Positions 1 through 8,789 of a stretch of 64,000 nucleotides of DNA are shown piece by piece (position 1 is the stretch's first letter; each line of letters begins with the position of its first letter). This stretch comes from a virus. A program made the translations under genes and the position numbers. The notes beneath the pieces are model-generated. The model had not been told where the DNA came from. It saw nothing but the letters and a program-made list of their open reading frames with translations, and made no database searches. The stretch lies in the IMG/VR virus record IMGVR_UViG_3300044959_000303, positions 1 to 64,000 of that record; one strand, given 5' to 3'.

Positions 1-1597
1 AAGAAGTGATCGGTGAACCGGTTACGGATATACCGGCACCACCTGAAATGGCTACCGAAGTTACCGTACCAGCTCCAGCAACAAGACCATCCACATATCC
101 CTTTGTTGCTGCATCGGTTGCAGCCGTGGGAGTACCAAGATTGGTCAGCTTGAAACCTGCAAAACTGAAATTCGCAGTAGGTGGATCGAGATTGCTCAAA
201 CTTGCACTTGTAGCCGATGTAATTCTTCCATAAGAATCTACCGTGAATCTTGTATATGTACCAGCAGTTACACCTGTCTGTGTAAGAGAAATGTTCACCG
301 TACCGGTAGAAGTGATCGGTGAACCGGTTACGGATATACCGGCACCACCGGAAATGGCTACCGAAGTTACTGTTCCACCGAAACTATCCACGTATGCTTT
401 TGTTGCCGCATCGGTTGCAGCCGTGGGAGTACCGAGATTGGTCAACTTGAAACCGGCAAAACTGAAATTCGCCGTAGGTGGATCGAGATTGCTCAAACTT
501 GCTGTAGTACCGGAAGTCACCCTGCCATATGAGTCGACCGTAAGTCTCGTATATGTACCAGGAATTACGCCCGTTTGTGTAAGTGAAATGTTTATCGTGC
601 CAGCGGAAGTGATCGGTGAACCGGTCACGAAAATACCGGCACCACCGGAAATTCCTGCAGAGACTACTGTATCTCCCGATAAAAGAACTTTTTTCCATTG
701 AGAATTGCCAAAAAATTCATAAGCATTGTTCGTTGTATTGAATCGTATATAACCATCGGTTGGAGAAGACGGTCTCTGTGCTGTACTGCCGACGGGTATT
801 TTCAAATATGATGTCGAGTTGAATTCGGAATCGGAATGAGCAAAAAATTTACCACTGACCACCAGATTTCCGGTAATTTTCGTATTACCGGAAACATACA
901 GATTTTCGGTTGGTACCGAAACGGAATTGATTGCTACTTTGGAAATTTTTCTGAATAATGTCGTTCTCGTCGATCTGTCGAATTTTACCAATTCAGCGGA
1001 AGATGCTCCGTCCACAACCAGAGACAGATTGTGGGAAGTGTCTTTTCTCAAAGACCAATAGTCGATATTGTTCTGTTTGAATTTGATTTCTACATCATTG
1101 AAGACATTCGTACCATTCAATTCCAGTAAATTCGACGAAGAACCATTTACAGACAAACTTCCGTAAATTTTCAGATTCGTGGTATTTGTCGGAGAACCAG
1201 CTGTTATTTCGTCCGAATTGATCGAAAACACCAAATCTCCATTCGACGAAAAATTTATTTCACCATCTGCAACAGAATATATACCGGTATCCGAATCGGC
1301 ATCGAAAGCCAATCCCGGTGAAAAACTGTCCCCGGGAACAATTTTGAGCTGTCCCAACATGGTATCACCGACTCTTTGAACAAATGCACCGCCGCCAATT
1401 CCACCGCCACTTGTCACGGTCACTACACCCCAATCTGTTCCGGTATACACTTCCAACAAATTTGTTCCGACATTGTAACGTATCATGCCAATTTGTGGCG
1501 GATTCGGTCTTTCACCATCGGAACCTTTCGGCAACACTATTGCCTTGTTGCCTTCGAATACAAAAATTCCGTCGGAAGTTTTTATATATTTTGCCAT
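1..1597 (-). CDS. Tail fibre protein, partial (C-terminus runs off the left edge; absent from the ORF track)
   Basis: Manual translation from ATG at 1597: MAKYIKTSDGIFVFEGNKAIVLPKGSDGERPNPPQIGMIRYN... It continues through 'FVQRVGDTMLGQL', 'PGLAFDADSDTGIY', 'KIPVGSTAQRPSSPTDGYIRFN' and repeats with 'GTYTRLTVDSYGRVTS' and 'TDAATKAYVD', all typical fibre motifs. The same frame is open at position 2. Confidence 0.85.
   Translation of the reverse strand, partial: MAKYIKTSDGIFVFEGNKAIVLPKGSDGERPNPPQIGMIRYNVGTNLLEVYTGTDWGVVTVTSGGGIGGGAFVQRVGDTMLGQLKIVPGDSFSPGLAFDADSDTGIYSVADGEINFSSNGDLVFSINSDEITAGSPTNTTNLKIYGSLSVNGSSSNLLELNGTNVFNDVEIKFKQNNIDYWSLRKDTSHNLSLVVDGASSAELVKFDRSTRTTLFRKISKVAINSVSVPTENLYVSGNTKITGNLVVSGKFFAHSDSEFNSTSYLKIPVGSTAQRPSSPTDGYIRFNTTNNAYEFFGNSQWKKVLLSGDTVVSAGISGGAGIFVTGSPITSAGTINISLTQTGVIPGTYTRLTVDSYGRVTSGTTASLSNLDPPTANFSFAGFKLTNLGTPTAATDAATKAYVDSFGGTVTSVAISGGAGISVTGSPITSTGTVNISLTQTGVTAGTYTRFTVDSYGRITSATSASLSNLDPPTANFSFAGFKLTNLGTPTAATDAATKGYVDGLVAGAGTVTSVAISGGAGISVTGSPITS
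6..670 (-). repeat. ~300-bp tandem coding repeats (99-102 aa) in the tail fibre
   Basis: GTGATCGGTGAACCGGT recurs at 6, 312 and 609 (spacings 306 and 297 nt) with high DNA identity between units. Confidence 0.9.
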
Positions 1598-1639
1598 TTA
1601 TCGAAATCCGATTTCGAAATTTCCGAATTATTTATTTTT

Positions 1640-4600
1640 TCAGAATAATGGAAAATGAATCAGGAATTCTTCCGGATCATTCATATCGAAATATTTACGA
1701 TAAATCAATCCTCTGGTTTTTATTTTTGTTCCATATGGAAGAATGTTTTTTCTCACGTTCTTTATCTCTTCCAGAATCAGATTGTTGTTTCGATTCGGTT
1801 TCAGGTACATCAATACGAAAGACGGAACGTATCCAAGTGGTACACCATTTGCACTTGTTTGTCCCGAAATCATCCACAAAGGCAGTACTTCTCTTTCATA
1901 ACCTATATCAATTTCCAGATCTTTTCTCAAATTTTTCAAACTGGTCGGAACAATTACGGAAAAACCGGAAATCGAAGTATTGACGATTGCTTTCGCGGAA
2001 GAAGTAAATTTCCTGTTTTCGACATTTTCGTCGATAATTTCGATGTAAACGACTTCGTAACAGATTTCTCCTTTCGAATTTCTTGCTACGGCCTTTTTGA
2101 CATCTCCAAGAATGAATTCCATTTCTCTCCATACGGATTTGAATCCATTCGAAACAGTATTCGTATCGAAACCCAGTGCACTGAGAACAACATCATCGCT
2201 TGGAATTATCGTACCTCTTGCAAGCAATATTTCCTTTTTCGGCTTTATCGGAAAATTGATATCGTAATTTTTCCGAAAACGCAAATTTCGATTCAGATAC
2301 AATGGCAGACTCGAATTGATTGCAGTGAACAGCAATTCTTCCCTGTCGTTACCCTGAAAAGAAAACAACAGGGAAAATTCACTTATCGGATTGTCTACGA
2401 TGTTTTTTGCACTCAATACGAATTTTTTCTCCAGAAATATACCGGGATTGCTTTTCAGATGAACACGGGCGAAAAAAGAATAATTTGTATCAGCGGAAAT
2501 ATAATTCAGTTTTCCAATCAGATATCCGGTTTCGGAATTCAGAAAAATTCCCGGAGGAAGAACACTTCCAGATGCTATCGTATAAAATATTTCCGCTCCC
2601 TCGAAATCGAAGGCTTCGAGTTTCGACAAACAGGGATAAGTTTCATCGATCTGTCCGAGTTTTTCTTCGGACAACCAACCCAGAGTTGTCGAACTTTCGA
2701 ACAGATCACTGATTTCGACGACATTGATCTTGAAAATGTCATTGGTCACATTGTAACCATCGAAAATTTCGATTCGAAATGCATATTCTTTCGTACTTGT
2801 ATCGATATTGACAAGTCCTTGCAGAAATCCATCTCTGGTTACTGTCAGACTGCTCGGAAGACCTACCTTTACATCTGCCGACACGAAAGCCGAAACAGAA
2901 GAAACCACGACTCTGTAAATCAATTCATCGCCATCGGCATCCATGGCAGGTATGTGAAACGAAACATATTGCCCGATAGCAACATCGAGCAGATTGTCCG
3001 GATAAGACGAAACCAGAAAAATTGGCGAAGAATTGTTTGCAGATGTTCTCGTCACTACCGCAGAAAAAGAAGCATCTACATAATGAAAACCATCCGTGAC
3101 CCGAATTACGAAATCATGATTTCTCGAAACATTGCCTACCGATACGAAAAACAGGGAACTCGAAGAAATCGGAAAAGCCGACAATCTTCCTTTCAGAACT
3201 CCATTCGAACTCAAAATCAATCCAGCCGGCAAATTTCCATTTTGCAAACTGAAGGTCAAATTGTCATTTTCCGGATCCGTTACAAGATTGGCAAAAGAAA
3301 AATTCACAACATCATTGTAATTCATCGATGAAACATAAAGATTGACAAAATTGTTCGAATGATTCCAGAAAGGTGGATTGTTGTAATCGAGAACACGAAT
3401 CACGAGAGTTGTGAAAAAATCGATTCCTTGAGAACTTGCCGATATTACGACATTTCTTTCCGTATAACCGATTATATTGCCGGAAGATGAAGAAACGGAT
3501 ACATAGAAAGGATCACCGGATGTAATTTTTTCGACAACACCGACAATTGTTCCATTCGGCAGAAGATGAAGATTCGGAGGAAGTGAATTTCCGGTATTGG
3601 AAACAGAATATGTGAGATTTTGTGTTTGTGTATTTCCAAATCTCAGAAAACCTCGAAGATTGAAATTTATCGCAGAACCTTCGGAAAAATACACAATTGT
3701 TCCGGAAGTTGTCATGTTACCTGTAAAATTTTGAAATTTCGAAAAAAGAATTCTGTTGGAAGAATCACTGAATGGCAAATTTCGAATTCTTCCACGAGTC
3801 GAGAAAGTATCGAGATAAATTCGAAAATCACCTGTAGTTACCGGAAGAGAACTCGAAACACGTTCTTCGGCATACAATGCTGCAATTCCAGTTACGAAAG
3901 CTGCTGCACATGTTGTCGAAGTATTTCTTTTTACAGAATTGCCAATCCATCCGGCCAGTATGTTTTCTCCCGGTGAAAATATATCGGCATTGAAATTCGA
4001 TCCACGATTTCCTACAGGAGAAATCAAGGCATTGGAAGAAGAAATATGATCCGATTCATTGATCGATCCTACGGATATGGTACGAGTCGAATTGGAAGGA
4101 TAATAGAGATTTGCATTCTCGGAAAAATTTCCGGCAGGAGTTATGATTATACATCTGTTTGTCGAATTCAACATCTGTAATTTCGATTCTATTGCCAGAT
4201 TGAAATTTCTCGAAATCAGATTCAACAACACTATCGTGGGAGTGGTTTTGGCATTGTGCCAGTTCACAAGATCATTCAACACATTTTCGGTCAATGAAAA
4301 ATTCATTTCCTGTAAAGTCAGGTGATATATCTTGAATGAATACAATTTTGCCTTTTTTGCAACTCCGAATTCTTTTCCGGCTGCAATCGAAGAAACATGT
4401 GTACCATGTCCGATGTAATCTTTTCCAAATTGTGAAGAAGTCGGATCTATGTAAAGAGGATGTGTGAAATTCAGATATGTTCTGAAATCGGATATATGAA
4501 AAACTCTACCTCGAATATCGTCAATTTCCGAAATTCCGGAATCTACAATGGCAATATCGATATTTTCTCCTTCCAGAGAATATTTGTAAAGTCCATCCAA

Positions 4601-4669
4601 GGGCAAATCGATCTGATCTATTCTATCCAGACCCCAATTTCCGGAAAAATCTATTTTTTGTTTCTTCAT
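1640..4669 (-). CDS. Virion-associated protein: N-terminal proteinase K/aqualysin-like S8 domain (catalytic Ser replaced by Thr) plus tandem Ig/cadherin-like (He_PIG-type) domains
   Basis: S8 motifs are WGLDRIDQ, IAIVDSGI, GHGTHVSSIAAG, PAGN, DIFSPGENI and TSTTCAAAFVTGIAALY. Ig-like repeats follow: LPPNLHLLPNGTI, LPAGLILSSNGVL, DADGDELIY, LPPGIFLNSETG. Confidence 0.8.
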   Translation of the reverse strand: MKKQKIDFSGNWGLDRIDQIDLPLDGLYKYSLEGENIDIAIVDSGISEIDDIRGRVFHISDFRTYLNFTHPLYIDPTSSQFGKDYIGHGTHVSSIAAGKEFGVAKKAKLYSFKIYHLTLQEMNFSLTENVLNDLVNWHNAKTTPTIVLLNLISRNFNLAIESKLQMLNSTNRCIIITPAGNFSENANLYYPSNSTRTISVGSINESDHISSSNALISPVGNRGSNFNADIFSPGENILAGWIGNSVKRNTSTTCAAAFVTGIAALYAEERVSSSLPVTTGDFRIYLDTFSTRGRIRNLPFSDSSNRILFSKFQNFTGNMTTSGTIVYFSEGSAINFNLRGFLRFGNTQTQNLTYSVSNTGNSLPPNLHLLPNGTIVGVVEKITSGDPFYVSVSSSSGNIIGYTERNVVISASSQGIDFFTTLVIRVLDYNNPPFWNHSNNFVNLYVSSMNYNDVVNFSFANLVTDPENDNLTFSLQNGNLPAGLILSSNGVLKGRLSAFPISSSSLFFVSVGNVSRNHDFVIRVTDGFHYVDASFSAVVTRTSANNSSPIFLVSSYPDNLLDVAIGQYVSFHIPAMDADGDELIYRVVVSSVSAFVSADVKVGLPSSLTVTRDGFLQGLVNIDTSTKEYAFRIEIFDGYNVTNDIFKINVVEISDLFESSTTLGWLSEEKLGQIDETYPCLSKLEAFDFEGAEIFYTIASGSVLPPGIFLNSETGYLIGKLNYISADTNYSFFARVHLKSNPGIFLEKKFVLSAKNIVDNPISEFSLLFSFQGNDREELLFTAINSSLPLYLNRNLRFRKNYDINFPIKPKKEILLARGTIIPSDDVVLSALGFDTNTVSNGFKSVWREMEFILGDVKKAVARNSKGEICYEVVYIEIIDENVENRKFTSSAKAIVNTSISGFSVIVPTSLKNLRKDLEIDIGYEREVLPLWMISGQTSANGVPLGYVPSFVLMYLKPNRNNNLILEEIKNVRKNILPYGTKIKTRGLIYRKYFDMNDPEEFLIHFPLF

Positions 4670-4819
4670 GACATTTCGTATTTTTTCCTATTTGAAATAT
4701 TTATTACTCTTTTCCAGTTGAAATTTGAGCACAATACCCCCTTGATTCGCACATATTCAATTATTTTTTCAATTAATTCGAATTATGTTTTCTACAGATG
4801 AGTTCGAAATGAAAACCAT

Positions 4820-5005
4820 CCTTTGCGCAAGGGTTGAATTGCCTCGGAAACCTCGGCAATTCAACCCGTGGAAAAACCACGCTTCGCGACGCTAAGCTGC
4901 TTCGCTGCGCTGCGCAACGCTTAGCTGCTGCGCGTGGTTTTTCCACTTTCCCCTTTTTCTTTTCAACTCAAGAGAACCGCGGCTTCGCTTCGCTTCGCCG
5001 CGGTT
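4820..5005. repeat. Cluster of GC-rich inverted repeats
   Basis: GGGTTGAATTGCC 4831-4843 pairs with GGCAATTCAACCC 4855-4867. GTGGAAAAACCACGC 4868-4882 pairs with GCGTGGTTTTTCCAC 4932-4946. AACCGCGGC-(TTC-GC)2-TTC-GCCGCGGTT lies at 4975-5005. Confidence 0.9.
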
Positions 5006-5050
5006 TTTTTCGAAGAAATAAAGAAAATACAAAGCAGATGAAACAAAAAT

Positions 5051-5317
5051 GAACAAGACGAAATGTAAAGGAATTTGATAAAAGCGAAGCGAAGCGAAGC
5101 TGCGAAGCGAAGCGAAGCTGCGAAGCGAAGCGAAGCTCTTTGAGATACAAGGGAAACGGAGAAAAGGCGAAATGTAGCGAAGCGAAGCGAAAGCGAAGCG
5201 AAGCTACATTTCGCATCGAAGTGTAGCGAGTAAAGCGAAGCTAAGCGAGCGAAGCGAAGCTTAGCAAGCGAAACGAAGCTACACTTCGTCAAGGCGAAGC
5301 CATATTCCGTCTTGTTC
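5051..5317 (+). repeat. GCGAA pentamer array nested in perfect stems
   Basis: (GCGAA)n runs from 5084 to 5300. The outer IR is GAACAAGACG 5051-5060 / CGTCTTGTTC 5308-5317. Inner stems are 5167-5178/5203-5214 (12 bp) and 5217-5227/5278-5288 (11 bp). Confidence 0.9.
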
Positions 5318-5506
5318 GTAAATTACAGGTAAATCTGGTATAATATATCAGAATTGCATCATAATTGACTTGATATGTTGAAATTCAAATCGACTTTCAA
5401 TTTTCTCGAAAAATTTTCGAATAATTCTTGTTTCAAATTGTTTCAATATTTTTTTCTTCATCAAGGCTGTTTCCTGTCTTCAAAATAATATTTCATAATT
5501 TTCAAA

Positions 5507-6095
5507 TAACGCCATCCCCCCCCCCCGGCCGATTTTTCAGAAAAACCTTGTATGCACTTTTCTGAAAAATCGAACCGAGGAGAGAGGAAGGCGTAAATTT
5601 TAACGCCATCGCGTATTGATCTCATTGCCTGGGCGGTCCCCGAATTCCCGGCTTAATCGGTTGTACCGATATGAGATCAGCCCCCCTGACATGAAATATG
5701 TCAAGGACGGTCGCAGAGGGCCGGACGCAGCTTGTCTCTGCTCTTCGGTAGTGTCCATACGCACGAACAACTACCGTGTATTACACCTGTCTATTCGAAT
5801 TGAATAAACAGACATAATACTCCTTTTACCCCCACTGAGTGGGATCCCCTATACGAATCATGAATCTTTCACGATTCGTGGCATATCTGGTAAGAATATG
5901 CCTTTATACAGGCGGCTCGCAGAGGGTCCCTGCTGCGTGGTCACCCCTCCGGTCTTGCTCCTGTCCCCCCGGGTCTGGGGAATTTTTTCGAGTTCCTGAT
6001 AGGAAAGTTACTTTCCTAGCCCTTCCTCGTCCATCTTAGCATGGATAACTGTCTACCCCTCTTTTCGAAGAATAGAACTTGACCCGCTATGTCAC
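5507..6095 (-). ncRNA. Large structured non-coding RNA candidate (~590 nt), family unassigned
   Basis: GC-rich island with no credible ORF and about 12 consecutive helices. Several helices pair fully only on the minus strand through G-U wobbles. Ends are approximate. Confidence 0.7.
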
Positions 6096-6150
6096 GTTTC
6101 ATTTTTCAAGATTCGAAATCTTACAAGATTTTGAATCTTGAAATTTTTTT

Positions 6151-6186
6151 ATTATACTTATACAAATAATAAAAACTTTTTTTCAA
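6151..6186 (-). promoter_or_regulatory. Candidate promoter for the ncRNA
   Basis: The minus strand reads TTGAAA-N18-TATAAG-TATAAT and also contains the late-promoter-like TATAAGTA. A long hairpin at ~6104-6143 lies just downstream. Confidence 0.35.
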
Positions 6187-6301
6187 TTTTGCAAATTAAA
6201 TCAATTTTTCAATCATTCATATGTATTTTTTATTCATATATATTTCTTGCAAAAGTATATTTTGAAATTTTTGAAATTCAATTTTTTTTTTTTTGAATTT
6301 T

Positions 6302-7621
6302 TCACTGATCGTTTTCCTTGATCATGATATCTTTTCTTTCTTCGAAAGCTTTCAAAACTTCCTCGAAAGTCAACTCGTTTTCGACTGTGTCAATTCGACG
6401 GATATTTTTCTTTTCTTCGCTCAGTTTCACATCATAAATGGCACCAACTTTTTCGAAAACTTTTTCAGCTTCTTTTTCTGTAGAGGAAAATCCAAGGAAA
6501 AATTCACCAATTCTGGTAAATTTTCCTGTTTCTGAAAGTCTGTTCAACAGTTTGAAAATAATGGAATTGATCGAACTCATGTTGTCGAGAAAATGTTTTT
6601 CTGTCGTATTTTCTTCATTCTCGCTTTCTTTCATGGAATTTTCGGAAGGAAAATCGACAGATTCTTCAATCGCAACAACATATGCAGGAAAATTTTTCGA
6701 GAAAAAAGCTTCGTTGTAAGAATACAGATCATGTTTGCAATAGTGAATTTGCCAGTTTTTTCTTTCGTTGAGAAAATTCAAATTCGAAATGAAATTCATG
6801 AACATGGCAAATTTGATGTTTTCTTCTTCCTTTGCAAAAGGAGAAAAGAAAGAAGAAAACTCGACTTCGAACTTTCGAAAAGCGTTTTCCAGTTTGTTTC
6901 TTACATTTTCTTCACTCGAATTTTTCGAAGAGTTGAAAAATTTCAAATCTTCATCGAAAAGAAGATTATTGTTTTTGTCGATAAAAATTTCGATTGAAAA
7001 GTTCTCGACCAGAGACCTGTAGATCGAATCCGCGATAACATTACGAACGTAAATATCACTGATTTTCTTTCTTTTGTTCAAATTTTTGTAGATATGAACC
7101 ATATCCAGGTATGCATTTCGATCATTATTGTTCAAATTCAAATACATGTTTTCCAATTCTATAATCGAATTTTCTTTTGCCAGAACAGTATCGAAATCGG
7201 TAATCGAATGTACGATGAAACTTTTCAGAAGTTCATTCGCCTTTTTGTCATCTTCGGAAAATACAATCTCTTCGAATTCCTTGTTTTTCAGTTTCTGAAT
7301 AAAAATGTTTCTGTAAGAATCCAGTAAATTCTTTGCTTTTTCGGTCATGTTCACATCGCTGTCGATCACCATGCTTTCAAGCAAGCTTTCGAGCAAGTTC
7401 AAGTCAATTTCCACGAATTTGAAAAAATGTTTGTCACGATCGCGAAACTGAGCATAATCCCCCTCCATGAGATATGGAGTAAATGGCAATCCCAACATGA
7501 ATGCTTCGAAATCATTGATTTCTTTGAAATTGAATGTTTCTTTGACTTTTTTGATTGTTGCCGTAGAATCTGCTGCAACGATATAAGGTTTACCAGCTTT
7601 TGCAAGATAATAAACAATCAT
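6302..7621 (-). CDS. Hypothetical protein (439 aa), probable early gene
   Basis: Long ORF with an AAGGA RBS and a consensus sigma70 promoter; no recognisable motif. Confidence 0.75.
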   Translation of the reverse strand: MIVYYLAKAGKPYIVAADSTATIKKVKETFNFKEINDFEAFMLGLPFTPYLMEGDYAQFRDRDKHFFKFVEIDLNLLESLLESMVIDSDVNMTEKAKNLLDSYRNIFIQKLKNKEFEEIVFSEDDKKANELLKSFIVHSITDFDTVLAKENSIIELENMYLNLNNNDRNAYLDMVHIYKNLNKRKKISDIYVRNVIADSIYRSLVENFSIEIFIDKNNNLLFDEDLKFFNSSKNSSEENVRNKLENAFRKFEVEFSSFFSPFAKEEENIKFAMFMNFISNLNFLNERKNWQIHYCKHDLYSYNEAFFSKNFPAYVVAIEESVDFPSENSMKESENEENTTEKHFLDNMSSINSIIFKLLNRLSETGKFTRIGEFFLGFSSTEKEAEKVFEKVGAIYDVKLSEEKKNIRRIDTVENELTFEEVLKAFEERKDIMIKENDQ

Positions 7622-7651
7622 TTCGGATATCCTTGCTCTTTTTCGAAGCTC

Positions 7652-7680
7652 ATTATAGATTTCATATTCTTTTTTGTCAA
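7652..7680 (-). promoter_or_regulatory. Perfect sigma70 consensus promoter
   Basis: Minus strand TTGACA (7680-7675)-N17-TATAAT (7657-7652), 30 nt upstream of the 7621 ATG. Confidence 0.85.
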
Positions 7681-7859
7681 TTCATTTTTTTCGAGAAACT
7701 GTCCGGGATTGAAGCCTCGGGTTTTCTTGCAAAGATACAATGATGAAAAATATCGAATTTTTCGAATATCGAATTTGTTGTTTTTTCGATGATTTTTTTT
7801 TGAAATTTTTCAATATTCGAAAGAAAAAACATCGAAATTTGCAGATCGAAAAAATCGAT

Positions 7860-7867
7860 TATAAATA
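7860..7867 (+). promoter_or_regulatory. T4-type late promoter TATAAATA
   Basis: Exact T4 late consensus 22 nt upstream of ORF 7890, followed by an AAGGAG RBS. Confidence 0.6.
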
Positions 7868-7889
7868 TTCAAAGCAAGGAGTCGAATAA

Positions 7890-8141
7890 ATGGAAAATTT
7901 TCCTGATCCATATATAGATTATTCTCCAATCAGAAAAAAATCTCCGAAATACATATACGTGAACTTCGAAAATGAAAATTTGTTCAAAAAAGCAATGAAA
8001 ATTTTCGATGAGTTCTTTATTCGTTACAATCCCATATATTCGAGAAACTCATTGGAACTGCAAAAAACACCGAACGTGAACAGTTTCATAAAACTTCTCG
8101 ACAGAGAAAAAATACCTTACAAAATACTCGAATCAACATAA
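7890..8141 (+). CDS. Hypothetical protein (83 aa)
   Basis: AAGGAG RBS and TATAAATA upstream. Confidence 0.65.
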   Translation: MENFPDPYIDYSPIRKKSPKYIYVNFENENLFKKAMKIFDEFFIRYNPIYSRNSLELQKTPNVNSFIKLLDREKIPYKILEST

Positions 8142-8188
8142 AACTGATAAAAAACTTGAAATTCGAAATTTTTTTACTCGAAGTTTGA

Positions 8189-8758
8189 TCAATAAATCAA
8201 CTTTCTTTCGATTACCAATCCTTTCAATTGATATATCATGATAACGATATTTTTAACTTCTGAAAGATTTTTCACAAGATTTTCTTGACAATCGATGTTT
8301 TTCAATTTTTCGACAGAATTTGCCACACAATCCAGAAAAGCTTCGGTTTTACATAATTTATCGTAGAATTGATTTGTACTTTTGTAAACTTTTTCCAATT
8401 CTTCATTGAGAGAAGAATTATGTACATTCTGTGAAATCAAACCGATCAAAGAAGATTCTATTTTCTTGACAATTTTTCGAATATTTCTGTTTTCGTCGAC
8501 AAGATAATTTGTTTGCTCGTAAAGTTCTTTGAAAAAATTCATGGAATTCAGAAATTCATATATTTCGGTACTGAATTTTCCTTTTTCTGTGAAATCTACA
8601 ATTGATCCACATATTTGCAGTGTGTAGTTGTTTGTTACATACAATAAAATGAGATTTTCGAAATATTTTTTATTGAGTTCCAAAATATCTTGGCTTCTTT
8701 TCAGAAAAGAAGCCAAGTCTATGACTATTTTGTTGGTTTCTTTTTTTATCAAAGACAT
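8189..8758 (-). CDS. Hypothetical helical protein (189 aa)
   Basis: ORF with genome-typical composition; no motif. Confidence 0.6.
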   Translation of the reverse strand: MSLIKKETNKIVIDLASFLKRSQDILELNKKYFENLILLYVTNNYTLQICGSIVDFTEKGKFSTEIYEFLNSMNFFKELYEQTNYLVDENRNIRKIVKKIESSLIGLISQNVHNSSLNEELEKVYKSTNQFYDKLCKTEAFLDCVANSVEKLKNIDCQENLVKNLSEVKNIVIMIYQLKGLVIERKLIY

Positions 8759-8789
8759 TTCTGTTTTTTTATTTGTTGTTGTTTTTTAT

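Noticed and set aside
4834-5292. ORFs 4834..5052, 4963..5292 and 4968..5216 (ASLRF repeats)
   Set aside because: They are translations of the GCGAA/hairpin array; open on both strands with no RBS.
5084-5300. CRISPR array
   Set aside because: Pentamer repeats with no unique spacers; no cas genes in the window.
5616-6039. Plus-strand ORFs 5616..5807 and 5839..6039
   Set aside because: Non-ATG starts and atypical composition; better explained as antisense to a structured RNA.
5507-6095. tmRNA, RNase P or group I/II intron identity for the RNA
   Set aside because: Partial look-alikes (GGGGCUGAU, GAGGAAG, CCCGGCUUA) lack correct partners and order. There is no tRNA-like CCA end, no domain V and no interrupted host gene.
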